DNA of 64,000 bases from Octopus vulgaris (Eukaryota): NCBI GenBank assembly GCA_951406725.2, contig OX597815.1, positions 45,384,001 through 45,448,000 on the forward strand, written 5' to 3'. Numbering within the stretch: position 1 is the stretch's first letter; the number at the start of each line of letters is the position of its first letter. The notes beneath the pieces are model-generated. The model saw only the letters and a program-made list of their open reading frames with translations, ran no database searches and had not been told where the DNA came from. Below are positions 26,702 to 39,710 of the stretch, piece by piece. Position numbers and translations under genes: made by a program.

Positions 26702-27208
26702 AATGAGGTAATCAGATCGGATGGTTCATATTTATAGATATTTATTTATATATTACATTTTTTACATATATATCATATCATTCAGATCATATCATTCGGA
26801 TTAGCGCTTTCTCCCAATCGCATGTATATGCGTATAAATCCAGGGGGTCCAGTAGGCCAACGGAATAACAATACTTCTTCTTCCCTATCAGATACAAACG
26901 CACACACACACACACACATACACATACACACATGTTTTCTCTGTCTCACTTCCTCCTCACCCTTTTATACTGTTTTATTCCTCCCCACCACTACTACGAA
27001 ACTATAAAATGTTCAAATTACCCACAAGGAATTGATTTGAAAAGCCCACTCGATTGGGAGAAAGCGCTAATCCGAATGATATGATCTGAATGATATGATA
27101 TATATGTAAAAAATGTAATATATAAATAAATATCTATAAATATGAACCATCCGATCTGATTACCTCATTTTTTCTAATATATAATACCTGTACATCATCT
27201 CCAAACCT

Positions 27209-27210
<2 letters not shown>
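26688..27210. mobile_element. Penelope-like non-autonomous element with perfect ~133-bp inverted repeat
   Basis: 26688-26820 is the exact reverse complement of 27051-27183; embedded in (TA)n; hammerhead-like GAAA-GCGC-UA at 27060. Confidence 0.65.
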
Positions 27211-27274
<64 letters not shown>

Positions 27275-27337
27275 GTTAAAGTAAAAAAGACAAGGCAAAC
27301 AGATTGGCAAGACTTGGTAAGGACATTTAATTTAAGA

Positions 27338-27647
27338 AGCACTCAGTCGGTTACGACGACGAGGGTCCAGCTGATACGATCAACGGAACAGCCTGCTCGT
27401 GAAATTAACGTGCAAGTGACTGAGCAATCCACAGACACGCGTACCCCTAACGTAGTTCTCAGGCTGATTCAGCGTGACAAGGCCGGCACTTTGTAATACA
27501 GGTACAACTCATTTTTGCCAGCTGAGTGGACTGGAGCAAGGTGAAATAAAGTGTCTTGCTCAAGGACACAAGGCGTCGCCGGGAATTGAACTCGTGAGCC
27601 TTACAATCGTGATCCCAATGCCCTAACCACTAAACCACGTGCCTTCA
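27338..27647 (-). mobile_element. SINE family C, full length, with target-site duplication
   Basis: tRNA head at the right end; AAGGACATTTAATTTA duplicated at ~27319 and ~27653. Confidence 0.85.
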
Positions 27648-27693
27648 GTTAAAAGGACATTTAATTTAGTTATATAATAAAAGCATTTAGATA

Positions 27694-27785
27694 ATCTCTG
27701 ACAGCTGTTTCTAGGATATCCCAGCTATTGGAATCTTGTGTTGAGCGAAGATTCCATATGCTGAGTATTCCATCGTCGGAGAGAT
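27694..27785 (-). ncRNA. Type-I hammerhead ribozyme with one core substitution (U4 to C) and extended helix II
   Basis: AUCUCU-CCGACGA-[hairpin with CUCAGC/GCUGGG and UGGAAUCUU/AAGAUUCCA]-GAAA-CAGCUG-UC-AGAGAU. Confidence 0.7.
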
Positions 27786-27908
27786 ATAGGTCAAATATAT
27801 GTAACAGTGGAAGAAAGTTCCTCATCAATGATAGTTGTTGTGGTTCATTATGTCGAAAGGGAAGAGAAATCCAATTAAATCCAGTTAGATCGGGTATTCC
27901 TTAGGTAC

Positions 27909-28017
<109 letters not shown>

Positions 28018-28419
28018 AATTGAGATAGGGGTTGTAAATGCAGCCCACCATGGGATACCATATATCCAATATACTGCTAGTGAGGTACCCAACAAATTTA
28101 ATACATAGATGTTAAGAATTGCGATACAATTAATTCATTAATTGTATTATATGGGCAAAGGTAAAATGTTTTACCACAAATTCATAATACAAAATAAGAA
28201 AATGGAGAAATACATCGAAATCAAATATCAATTACCAGATAATACTCAATCACATACTTTATTAAACCACTACATAAGAAACTATAAGATTAAACATAAT
28301 AATGCAGGGTAAAGCAGTGTACATGAAGGAGTGTACATAAAATAGTAATGTTATACAATAAGTAGAATACGTATAATAGAACATAAATATAAGTACACAT
28401 AAATATAAATATAGACTAT

Positions 28420-28546
28420 ATCTTACAGCTGTTTCGGCCATGTAGATAAGCATGTCTCATTCAACTCATATTAGCCATTTATGGTAGGTCAATATGTAGT
28501 TATAAATGAGACATTTACAAAAACATCCTAAGGCCTCTTCAGAGAT
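28420..28546 (-). ncRNA. Type-I hammerhead ribozyme, intact core, ~100-nt helix II insertion
   Basis: AUCU-CUGAAGA-GGCC..(inner AUGUCUCAUU/AAUGAGACAU)..GGCC-GAAA-CAGCUG-UA-AGAU. Confidence 0.8.
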
Positions 28547-28814
28547 TACAAATTAGATTACATATATATATGATTAGTATGTTTAACACGCTACCAAGTC
28601 GGTCACCATTATATTTTCCTTAGGTACCCCAGGGGAGTTTACTCTGCGTCAGAAGAGACTCAAGTCATATTCTAAATCCCTTCACTACCCAGATTTTTCC
28701 TAACGATTACAGATTTCAGAACTCTATGCTAAAGTATATTAAGAGATTGTGCATAATACTATGTATGTGTATGTATGTATGTATGTATGTATGTATGTCT
28801 AAAGCAGTATATTG

Positions 28815-29290
28815 ACACAAGTACGGCTGGAGAGTAAGAAGTTTGTTTCCAAATCAGATGGTTCCAGGTTCAGCCCCACTATGACAGCTTGGACAAGTTT
28901 TTTTCTACTATTGCCCCGGTCAACCAGTCTTGTCAATGGATTTCGGAGATGGAAACTGAAGGAAGCCCTTTATATATGTGTGTGCATGTGCATATGTGTA
29001 TGTGTGTTTGTGAGTGAATGTGTGTGTGTGTGCATGTATGGATGAGTGTGCATATGTGTGTCAGTGTGTATGTCTTTGAGAGTATGTCTCTGTCCTCCAC
29101 CACCACTTGACAACTGATGTTGGTTTCTTTACGTCCCCATAACTTAGCAGTTCAGCAAAAGATACCGATGGAATAAGTACCAGATTTGTTTTTAAAATAT
29201 AAAGTACTGGGGGTCGATTTGTTCGAATAATACCTTTCAAGGTTCTGCCCCAGTATGGCTGCAGTCCAGTTACTGAAACAAGTAAACGAT
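28815..29290 (+). mobile_element. SINE family B, degenerate full length
   Basis: TTGGACAAGTTTTTTCTACTATTGCC..CCACTTGACAACTGATGTTGG..CAGTATGGCTGCAGTCCAGTTACTGAAACAAGTAAA. Confidence 0.8.
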
Positions 29291-29813
29291 AGAAACAGAG
29301 TAGTAGTAGTAGCCACGACAGCAGCAGAAGTTGAAAGAGTTTAAAATTTATAGCAGAGAAAGGATAATCCCTAACATTTTAAAGCTAATTTCCTGCGCAC
29401 ATATCTCCAAACACTTGATTAAATTATAGGCTCCCACCTCCAATTACAAGATTATCATAAGTCTCTCCTCTTGCTGGTTGCCTAACAAATCTTGATTACT
29501 CTTTTACACAAAGATATTTATCTTGATAGCTTATACGTTTAGCACCGTTGCTAAGCACTTTTTGAGAAAGACCCGTGCCGATAGCTTTAGTTATCCGACT
29601 TCAGGTCTGTGATATTAAAACAAAAAGTAGACAGCTGTACCATACGATTTTAGAATTTACAGTTTTACATTTCTGCAGCCGAGACCCCACCCCACCACGA
29701 TTAAAATTTTGTTTCTTCTCACCGAACTTTATAAATTAATTCACTACTGTTTACTTAAATTATCATTGAGTCAACGACGAAAATTTCTCCTCTATATCTT
29801 TCTTATTTTTAGC

Positions 29814-30193
29814 TTATTACCTCCGCCTTGGTAAAGGCAGAGGTACTGTTGTTCAGTCGTGTTTGTTTGGTTGTTTGACCGTGGACAAGATATCTCAAGA
29901 ACCACTGGATGGATTCCAATGAAACTTTCAGGGATATTTGGCCTCGTGGCTGGCACGAACCGATTAGATTTTGGGATCGATCTGGTACCGGACAAGGATT
30001 CTGGACTATTTTTTCCGTTTTCTTTCTTTTACTTAATTTTTGAGAGCGATCGGGTTCATTTTTAGTATTCTCGTTTGTGAGAGCAGTCAAGTTTATTTCA
30101 GATATTCTCATTTTAAAAATCATCTCCGGCTAATCGTTGAGAGGACGTTGGTATTACCTTGGTGGAGGTTTGCACTCTCTGAGTGCTCTTGTT
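29814..30193 (+). mobile_element. Helentron-associated element (HINE/DINE-1-like)
   Basis: 5' TTATTACCTCCGCC..GGCAGAGGTA hairpin, GTTT repeat, 3' subterminal IR TTGGTGGAGGT, stem-loop GCACTCTCTGAGTGC, then CTTGTT. Confidence 0.8.
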
Positions 30194-30724
30194 TTTTCTT
30201 TTTCCTCAAGGAAAACGCCCTGGTGATATACGGTAAATGCACTGTTTAATAACATTTCATCAACCACAACGACATATCAGCACGGTTGTATATGCAATAC
30301 TTTGTTTGATGTCGAATAGAATTAATCAATTTGAAACGTGCCGCATTTATCCACTCAGAGTCAAATATGAAAAGAAACCATGTCATTATCTTAATTAATG
30401 ACTTTTCAAAATACTACGGCTTCAACAAAAATTATGTGTGGCTCACGTGACCCTAAACAAATGGAAACAATCGTCTTTTGCACGACTTTTCGCTTGTCTC
30501 TGGTTTCATGACTTCCGATTTACACATATATTTACCTACACACATACATCCATACGCTGATTTCACTTGAGAATTATGTTAAGGGTGAACATGCCCATGA
30601 ATATTCATTCCTTTTCAAACTCGACGACGAGTGTTCCAGTTGATCCGATCAGCGGAACAGCCTGCTCGTGCAAGTGGCGAGCACTCCCCAAACTCGTGTA
30701 TCCTTACGTAGTTCTCAGGGGAGA

Positions 30725-30865
30725 AGTCTGGTACTTATTCTATCGGTTCCTTTTTACCGAACTGCTAAGTTACGGGGAAATAAAAAAAGACCAACACCAG
30801 TTATTAAGTGATGGTGGAGGCCACACACACACACACATGCACGCACGCGCACACACACTCATATT

Positions 30866-30903
<38 letters not shown>

Positions 30904-31050
30904 CGGCGGGCTTCCACACAGTTTCTGTCTAACAAACCTACTCACAAGGCTTTGGTCTACCCAGTGCTATAGTAGAAGACACTTTCCCTAGGTTCCGCGC
31001 AATATGACTGAATGTGAAACCACGTGGTTGTAAAGCGAGCTTCAACACAG
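30725..31050 (-). mobile_element. SINE family B, fused to a family C fragment at 30620-30722
   Basis: CTCACAAGGCTTTGGTC..GCTATAGTAGAAGACACTT. Confidence 0.7.
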
Positions 31051-31277
31051 CCATATATACGACGAGCCTCCATACCTCGCCGGTGCGAATGAAGTTTCTA
31101 AACTGAATAGAGAAATTCGAAGGCTTGCTTTGGTCCAATGGTAGAACGTATGTCATGTCTACAGAGAATGTGTCTTCGTACCATACAAGCGAGCTTTAAC
31201 TGTTTCAATCCTAAAAGGGTTTTTCAATGCAATATTTACATGGCGTTGTTCATAGCTTTATTTATGCTTGTGAAGGT

Positions 31278-31476
31278 AAAGGGATCAGTGGTTAGAGCAT
31301 CAGGCTCACAATCATGAGGTAGTGAGTTCGATTCCCGACTGAGGTGTGTGTGGTGTTCTTGAGCAAGGCACTTTATTTCACGTTGCTCCAGTTCACTTTG
31401 CTGTAGAAATGAGTTGCGACGTCACTGGTGCCAAGTTGTATCGGCGTTTGCCTTTCCCTTGGATATCATTGGTGAC
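31278..31476 (+). mobile_element. SINE family C variant
   Basis: AGTGGTTAGAGCA..GAGTTCGATTCCC..GTTCTTGAGCAAGGCACTTTATTTCACGTTGCTCCAG. Confidence 0.8.
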
Positions 31477-31849
31477 TGATGGGATCTTTTCTGTTTAGCT
31501 GCCAACTTTCAATCTCTTCAATTTTTATTCCAATTGATTTCATATTCAGTATAATGATATACTTTTATATACTAATCAATGTCATGAAAATCATTTTCTC
31601 CATAAATTACTAAATAAAGAGTTATTAGCTATTAAATTTTGGGTAATTTTAGCCAATCGTAAGCCACAGACACATTCATACCTTCTTCCATAGTAACAAG
31701 CCAAACATGAGAACTCTTTTGCTGCAAGAAAGCACGTGTTGAAAAATACATTCCAGTCATTAAGATGGTAGTCATATGTGCTAAAAATAGCGGCCAAACA
31801 TGTTTTAAATCACGCACCAGAGGAGAATGCGGTTTCGTACTTGTAAGAA

Positions 31850-32355
31850 AAGGGTGTTATATCCAAAAGAAAATTATGCAAAACGAAGAAGTATTTTATG
31901 GGTACAAGAAAACTTGGTGAGAATATGTATTGGCAATGCTCACACCAAGGATGGATAGAGTCTGTGTCAGTGAGGAAAGACACATGGTTTGAAGGTGGCA
32001 CCCTTCCTCTTATGACTGTAGTGCTTTTCTATTACTCATGGGTTAAGGAATTGATTTCAGTCCGGTTTTGTGTTGAAGAACTAGGGATGAGCCATTGCAC
32101 AGATATTGATTATAACAGCTATGTTAGGGAAGTATGTACGGAGGGCCTGCTCCGTCATCCATTTAAGGTTGGTGGTACTGGGAAGATTCTTGATATCGAC
32201 GAAACAGTCTTCTCAAGACATAAGTACAACCGAGGATGGGTCCTACATGAGCAGTGGGTTATCGGATGAGTGTATCGCGAGACCAGACAGGTTTTTCTTT
32301 ACGCGGTGCCTTGTTGGAATCGTGACACACTGGAGGAATGCATATATTAAGTTTG
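31850..32355 (+). pseudogene. Merlin / ISXO2(IS1595)-like transposase relic
   Basis: SVRKDTWFEG..REVC..VGGTGKILDIDETVFSRHKYNRG..QWVIG, then stop and VYRETRQVFLYAVP; typical of eukaryotic ISXO2-like DDE domains. Confidence 0.85.
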
Positions 32356-33194
32356 TGCTATAAGTTTATTATTTTGAGAAATATTTAATTTGCAACGTGC
32401 TGTTTATCGCATTTAATGCAAACTGAATGCTTAAGACTACAAAATAGTGTTGTTTGATCTGTTTTTTTGGAGGGGGTTATCATTGAGGTGGTTGTGAGGT
32501 GTGCTAAAAAATAACAGCTAAATAGGCTTGAAATCACGCACCCCACAATTTTTTTTGCATAATCGTATGGATTCCCGCGTGTAGAATACAAATTAACAAA
32601 AATTTTCTGAAAATTCCAAAAAATAAAAAAAGTTATGAGGGGTTACATGTGTGTAGTTCATTAGTTTACGGTTTCATATAAAAACACACAGGTTATTTTC
32701 AGGATGTTGACAAAATGTGCAATCACGCACAAAATGACAGTTTCCAAATCCTATTTCTTGGCTGGCTGAAAATGATCAAACTTTAAGTCTTTTATAAGTC
32801 TTTTGAAAAATTTTTTGGTAAAAGTGAGAAATGGCGATGCCCCAGCATGGCCACAGCTCGTGAGCTGAAACTAGATAAAAATAAAAAATAAAATAAATCT
32901 CCAGTAATTCAGCTTGGAAAACTACATTAATTCACCAAATTTTAAAATTTTCAGTAAACTTAAATTTTTGAAATCTTGGCAGACTACTGGTCTTCCCGAA
33001 CAACCTTGCCCGAACTCGAGCTTTGAAGAGGAAATTTCTAGGTGCAATGCCATGGTCATCCATGACCGAAGGGCCTCTTTTTACCCTTTATTTATGCTTC
33101 AAAACCCATTGTACCAATAAAGAATATTTCACGTTTTCCCGGGCAAGCGAGCACGCTTAAACCTCAAAACCACTGTCAGCTTTGTATATGGGTT

Positions 33195-33262
<68 letters not shown>

Positions 33263-33757
33263 TGTAGTAGTAGTAGTTTTTGTTGCTGCTAAAAAAGAAA
33301 ACCTACATAGCAATATATTCGAAGAGCTTCTATACAACTCAATACTTTTTGTAGATTATTTATTATACTTTTACGAGAAGAGTGGTGACAGGGACTTCGA
33401 AGTTTTGCCCTGCTAACCTCCATTATAATCCGATGAATGCTACCAAACCGAAACTTCGAAGTCCTTGTCACCACTCTTCTTGCGTGTGAGAGAGTGAGTT
33501 ATACAGTAATTTATTTGTGGCAAATAAAATAATGTATTTCGCTTTTGTGTTTGGTTTGCAACATTTTTTATGTGAACTCGTGTGTTGAAACAAATTATTA
33601 TTCGAACTAGCAGAATTGTTAGGACGCCAGGCAAAATGCTGAGCAGTATTTCGTCCGTCACCACGTTCTGGGTTCAAATTCCGCCGGCCGGGTATCTGCA
33701 TCTCATACACTCCTCTCTATACATTTTCTGCAACTTTGTGTAGGCCTCTGAGCAGGT

Positions 33758-33771
33758 ATCGCCATGACAAC
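33758..33771. promoter_or_regulatory. RFX X-box candidate
   Basis: ATCGCCATGACAAC fits the relaxed RTHNYY-AT-RRNAAC consensus. Confidence 0.4.
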
Positions 33772-33928
33772 TTTCTCGTGGTCAATACGACGATCATACA
33801 CTACACACCTTTCCAAGCAATGCTGTAAACAGTGAAAGTGAGCTACAACGTTAAAACTTAGTGTGCATGCACAGCAGAGTTCAAGGTCAATCTGTGCCGA
33901 GTGGCTTTACTCGGCGTGCTTTAGCTTC

Positions 33929-33942
33929 GTTACTATGGCAAC
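33929..33942. promoter_or_regulatory. RFX X-box candidate
   Basis: GTTACTATGGCAAC fits GTHNYY-AT-RRNAAC exactly. Confidence 0.5.
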
Positions 33943-34055
33943 AGTCCTGACACTTATTGATGAGACATGCTATAATTGTAGTGTACACCGAGTTTTTTTA
34001 TGGTTTCTGTACTCCTCACGAAATAATTTCATCTATCAGATCTCTTACCATATAT

Positions 34056-34144
<89 letters not shown>

Positions 34145-34314
34145 TGAGTGAGAGAGAAGAAGAAAAGGAGAGAGAAGGATTGTTCTTATACCTAACTTTT
34201 AATGTCGAGGTATTAGGCCTGGATGAAGAGATTGGAGTTTAAGTTCTCAACTATTTGAGCGCTGCTTTGTATTATCTCTACCACTCTTACTGTGTGTTCA
34301 TCTACACACTGTTC

Positions 34315-34366
<52 letters not shown>

Positions 34367-34448
34367 GTATGTATAAGTATACGTGTGTGTATACATGCAT
34401 ACTTACATACATATAGATATGCATGTGTGTGTGTGTGTGTGTGTGTGC

Positions 34449-34554
<106 letters not shown>

Positions 34555-35084
34555 GTGTGCGTGTGTAAATATCTTCCACGTTTAGGGTTGTCAGGTGCAG
34601 CTTGTCGAATAGGATAGTCTGTTGTTTTGAGGGTTGTCAAAAATGATTTCTAATCAACATATCCTCTTTGTACAAACGTACATAAGAGGAAAGAAAATGA
34701 TAGGATAATTAAGCATAATTAGGTTTATTTTATAGAGATGCTTGACATTTTGAAATGTAATCAAGTTGGTAGTCATGATTTTCAGTGAAAGCACTCTAGA
34801 AAACTAACGATCTCACATTACCTTATCGGTTAGAGTTTAACAGTTTTTCAAATATCTTGAGTTTAAATATTCTCTGATAAGCGGGCAAATATTTCAAGAG
34901 GAGATATTCCTGTGTAAATAATATCAAAATAACACTAATAGTATAATTATCAAGAATGGTCTTAGATATCTTCTCGGATTTCTTTCTGAATCTTTATGTT
35001 TCTATAGCTTCATTGGTCTACGTATTTTTCTCTGAAGATCAAATCTCTTTTATGAATCATTCATGAGAAATTTGAAATATTGCT

Positions 35085-35287
35085 CTGAAATTCTGGCACA
35101 GGGCCAGCAATCTCAAGAGAGGAGCTAAAGCAATTACATCGACTCCGATACTCCAGCGGTACTTATTTTATCGACTCCGAAAGGATGAAAGTCGACCTCG
35201 GCAGCATTTGAACACAACGTAAAATCGGACGAAATACGGCTATGCATTTTGCCCCGGCGTGCTAACGATTCTGCCTGCACGCCGCCT
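35085..35287 (-). mobile_element. SINE family A, degenerate
   Basis: GAAAGGATGAAAGTCGACCTCGGC..GTGCTAACGATTCTGCC..CGCCGCC. Confidence 0.75.
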
Positions 35288-35525
35288 TTTTTTTCTGTCA
35301 TAAGAAATGCTGACATAAACTAGTCCCTGAATATCAAATATTCTTTTCAATTGTTCAATATGATTACTATGGTTTTGTTTCCTTGTTTTCTTGCAGTGGA
35401 GAGGTGTTTTATTAATCTTATTGCATTTTAAGAGGCGTTTCGATAGGAAATAAATCCTGTTCGTTGGTATTTATCCACTGATTTAAGTGTATTGCTACAC
35501 AAAGGATGGGATGTGTGTGTGTAGT

Positions 35526-36094
35526 CATATTCGGTGATATAGCTTGCAGTTGGCCTTGTTCGGTACGTAGCATTGAAAAGTCACAACAATGCCGAAACGT
35601 CAGTGTCTCTTGGTCCGAGAAAGGACATCATGTGAGTTGTCTCGCTTGCCTACGACTTACTTTCATATGTTTTAACATTTGCTCATGCCTAAAAACGCCG
35701 CTGACCCACGAACAAACACACACCTTCAGTGTGTGTGTTCGATTTTGTTTATATACCGCGAGCTACTTCAAAATCATATTTGAATTTTTCTGTGGCATGA
35801 AATGTTGGGACATTCCAGCAAATGGTTTTTCGAATCATTTAACATTTAATCATATTCGGCGATATAGCTTGCAGTTGGCCATGTTCGGCACGCGGCATTA
35901 AAAAGTCACAACAATGATGAAACAATCGATATCCGTCGATCCGAAAACGGATCTCATGAGAGTTGTCTCGCTTACCTATGACTTACTTTCAGGTGTTTTA
36001 ACACCATTGAGAATATGATATCTTACGCCTAAAATCGCCGCTGACCCACGAACTAACAACACACACTCACCTTCTGTATGAGTGTTCGATTTTC
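35526..36094. repeat. Diverged direct duplication (~220-240 bp units, 325 bp apart)
   Basis: CATATTCGG(T/C)GATATAGCTTGCAGTTGGCC..GCTGACCCACGAAC..GTGTTCGATTTT at 35526 and 35851. Confidence 0.85.
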
Positions 36095-36110
36095 TACATA
36101 TCTATATCTA

Positions 36111-36219
<109 letters not shown>

Positions 36220-36313
36220 ATATATACATATATATATATATATAAATATATATATATACATGTATATATATATACACACATATGTTATATATATACATAC
36301 ATACATACATACA

Positions 36314-36348
<35 letters not shown>

Positions 36349-36349
<1 letters not shown>

Positions 36350-36719
36350 GGAGTGGGTGTGTGGTAAGTAGCTTGCTTACCAACCACATGGTTGCGGGTT
36401 CAGTCCCATTGCGTGGCACATTGGGCAAGTGTCTTCTGCTATAGCCTCGGGCCGACCAAAGCCTTGTGGGTGGATTTGGTAGTCGGAAACTGAGGAAAGC
36501 CCGTCGTATCTGTGTGCGTCTGTGCCCCCACCGTCGCTTGACAACCGATGTTGATGTTTTTACATCCCCGAAACTTAGCGGTTGGGCAAAAGTGACCGAT
36601 AGAATAAGTACTATGCTTACAAAGAATAAGTCCTGGGATCGATTTGTTCGACTAAAGGCGGTGCTCTAGCATGATCGCAGTCAAATGACTGAAACGAATA
36701 AAAGAATAAAGGAATAAAA

Positions 36720-36722
<3 letters not shown>
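36349..36722 (+). mobile_element. SINE family B, full length
   Basis: GGAGTGGGTGTGTGGTAAG..GGGTTCAGTCCC (B box)..TTGGGCAAGTGTCTT (CORE-like)..GACTGAAAC tail. Confidence 0.9.
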
Positions 36723-36784
<62 letters not shown>

Positions 36785-37921
36785 AGAGAGAGAGAGAGAG
36801 ACAGACAGAGAGAGAGGCAGAGACAGACAGACAGAGAGAGGCAGAGACAGACAGAGTCAAAGCTAGAGAGAAATATGTATATCGAAATTACTACGATGAT
36901 CCGGTTCTTGACGGAAGACTGAGGGTTTCGAATGTCCTGTCCGTGTTTATTGTATCGTCTTCTAAGAGTTATACGTTCTTGTCCATGTTGTATTTTTCTA
37001 CATACCTTTATATATATATATATATATATATACATATATAAGGGAAAATGTATGGTAAATAAACAAACGACATAACGTATACTGAGTATACAACCGGACG
37101 GGAGACAAACACAGAAGGTCCCTAATTCTTCATCAGTTATCAACCTATTTGTAATACTCAATTTCGCACCATTAATGATAAAACTGATGGCTTCCCATAT
37201 TGGCGGTGTCCGTAAAAATTATATTTTTTTTTTTGTGCGGAATTGAGGGCCGAAAGCAAACAAACAAAGCAAAACATCACAGAGTGTGATTTAGGACGGT
37301 GGACAAGGACAAGCAGACGAACAGAATACGGCATTAGGACCAAGAAAACAAGAATAATGGTTAACGTTTAGAAGATATCCCAAAGGATAGAGAATGGAGA
37401 GACAGAGAATTTGCGACTGGTCAGCTACGGGATCAGTGTGAGAAAGGGAGAAAGCTGGCTGCGGGTCCCGTGAGAGCAGTAGGCAGAGAAGAAAAACGGC
37501 AAAAGAGAAGGAGAGAGCGCGACAGAGTGAAAAAGGGAAGGGATTAAAGGAGAAAAAGGAGAAGGGATAAATGGTAGAGGGAGCGAGAGAAAAGGAGAAA
37601 GTAGAAAGGCGAGAAGAGAAGTGAGATGGTGAGAAAAGAAAAAAAGTGGAAAGGCTAGAACAGAAATGAGAGGGTGAGAAAAAGAAAATGGGAAAGAATG
37701 AAGGCAAGAGAGAGAGAGACATCGGCCATGACTACAATTTCACTTGGCTTGACTGGTCTTCTCATGTATGGCATATATAAGAGTGTTAACTCTAAGAAAT
37801 GGCAGCTTTTAATATTTTTAACGATCATTAGTTTGATACAATGAATCAACTTTTGTATAGATAGAGAGTATTTATTTATATTCAGAATGGAAGAAATTGA
37901 ACCAATATTTGGAGCAAGATG

Positions 37922-37953
<32 letters not shown>

Positions 37954-38221
37954 TATGCTACATCCCATGATTTCATTGTATCCTGGCTGGTGGTTACCGG
38001 ATGCTAAGGCTTGCCAAGGGGCAAGTCGTGCAGTTGGGGCTGTTTATTCACATACTCAATCTGTATGCATAACCGGCACCTTGACGGATGCTATTACTCC
38101 GGTTCAATGTAGACCTAAGAACAACAGTTGCTAAAAGATGGTTCAACACTTCTCAAAATCCTTGAACACCTGAACCAGAGAACCACTACCAGATCCAGTT
38201 TAAAATTATACTTAATCAAGT

Positions 38222-38385
38222 AGGAGTGACTGTGTAGTAAGTAGCTTGCTTACCTACCTACCACATGGTTCCGGGTTTATTCCCACTGCGTGGCACCTTG
38301 GGCAAGTGTCTTCTACTATAGCCTCGGGCCGACCAAAGCCTTGTGGGTGGATTTGGTAGGCGGAAACTAAGGAAAGCCCGTCGTA
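38222..38385 (+). mobile_element. SINE family B 5' half
   Basis: GGCACCTTGGGCAAGTGTCTTCTACTATAGCCTCGGGCCGACCAAAGCC. Confidence 0.85.
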
Positions 38386-38427
38386 TATATGTGTGTGTGT
38401 GTGTGTGTGTGATGTCTGTGTACATAC

Positions 38428-38845
38428 AGGAGTGGCTGTATGGTAAGTAGCTTGCTAACCAACCACATGGTTTCGGGTTCATTCCCACTGCGTGACACCT
38501 TGGGCAAGTATCTTCTACTATAGCCTCGGGCCGACCAAAGCCTTGTGAGTGGATTTGGTAGACGGAAACCGAAAGAAGCCCGTGGTATATATGTATATAA
38601 TGTGTGTGTGTGTGTATGTGTGTGTGTATGTGTTTGTGTGTCTGTGTTTGTCCCCCAACATCGCTTGACAACGGATGGTAGTGTGTTTACGTCCCCGTAA
38701 CATAGCGGTTCGACAAAAGAGACCGATAGAATAAGTACTCGGCTTCAAAAGAATAAGTCCTGGGGTCGATTTGCTCGACTAAAGGCGGTGCTCCAGCATG
38801 GTCACAGTCAAATGACTGAAACAAGTAAAAGAGAATAAAAAGAGA
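38428..38845 (+). mobile_element. SINE family B, full length
   Basis: Head, internal TG microsatellite and tail CAAATGACTGAAACAAGTAAAAG all present. Confidence 0.9.
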
Positions 38846-39623
38846 AAAGTACTGGTATCGGTGTAACCGATTAATCCTTCCACGCAAATGTCTGGTCTTG
38901 TTCTTCCATTAGAAATTATTATTTATTGGAAGGAGAAGTGGCAACATCAACGAAGGAAATTAGTAAGTTATCTTCAACCCAATAAGCGTGAGATCTCGCC
39001 TGAAATACCGTCAAGCAACAGATGGAATCTGTTAGATGTATCTGAGGATTAGAGGAGAAGTGAAAACAACGATTATTTCTGGACCCTCTCAGATTATTGA
39101 GATCGATAATTCTTAAATTCGGTTTGCAATTTTTGCGAATATTCATAGAGAGGAGGGCTACATGCACGAAGCCCCTTTTCAAGGGTTCCTAAACATGCAG
39201 AAGGACATTAGTAAGGTATCCTTAACCCACCAAGCGTATTATCGTCTGAAATGCCTTCAAACAACAGAGGGGATCTGCTGAATGTATCCAAGAACTAGGT
39301 GTGGCTAACTGATTAAGTGTACCATCCAGGTGACATAGGATGCAAAGAGCTCCAGTCCATTCAGCTAGAAAAAAATGAGTAATTCTGCGACGGACCGACG
39401 TCCCGTCCAGGTAGGGAATATATACGCCATGGAAACCGAGAAACCGGTCATTATGAGTTGACACGACTCAAGAAGGAAACTTTGCTTTACTTTTGTTTTT
39501 GAATTTGCCAGTTCGAAGATGTCTGCGGGGAAGACATTGAATGTAAGGTGATTCTAATGAAATGCAATTTTGAGAAGGCTTTGCTGGATTGGAGAAAAAC
39601 GGTTCACTGTTGTTATTGTTCTT

Positions 39624-39710
<87 letters not shown>

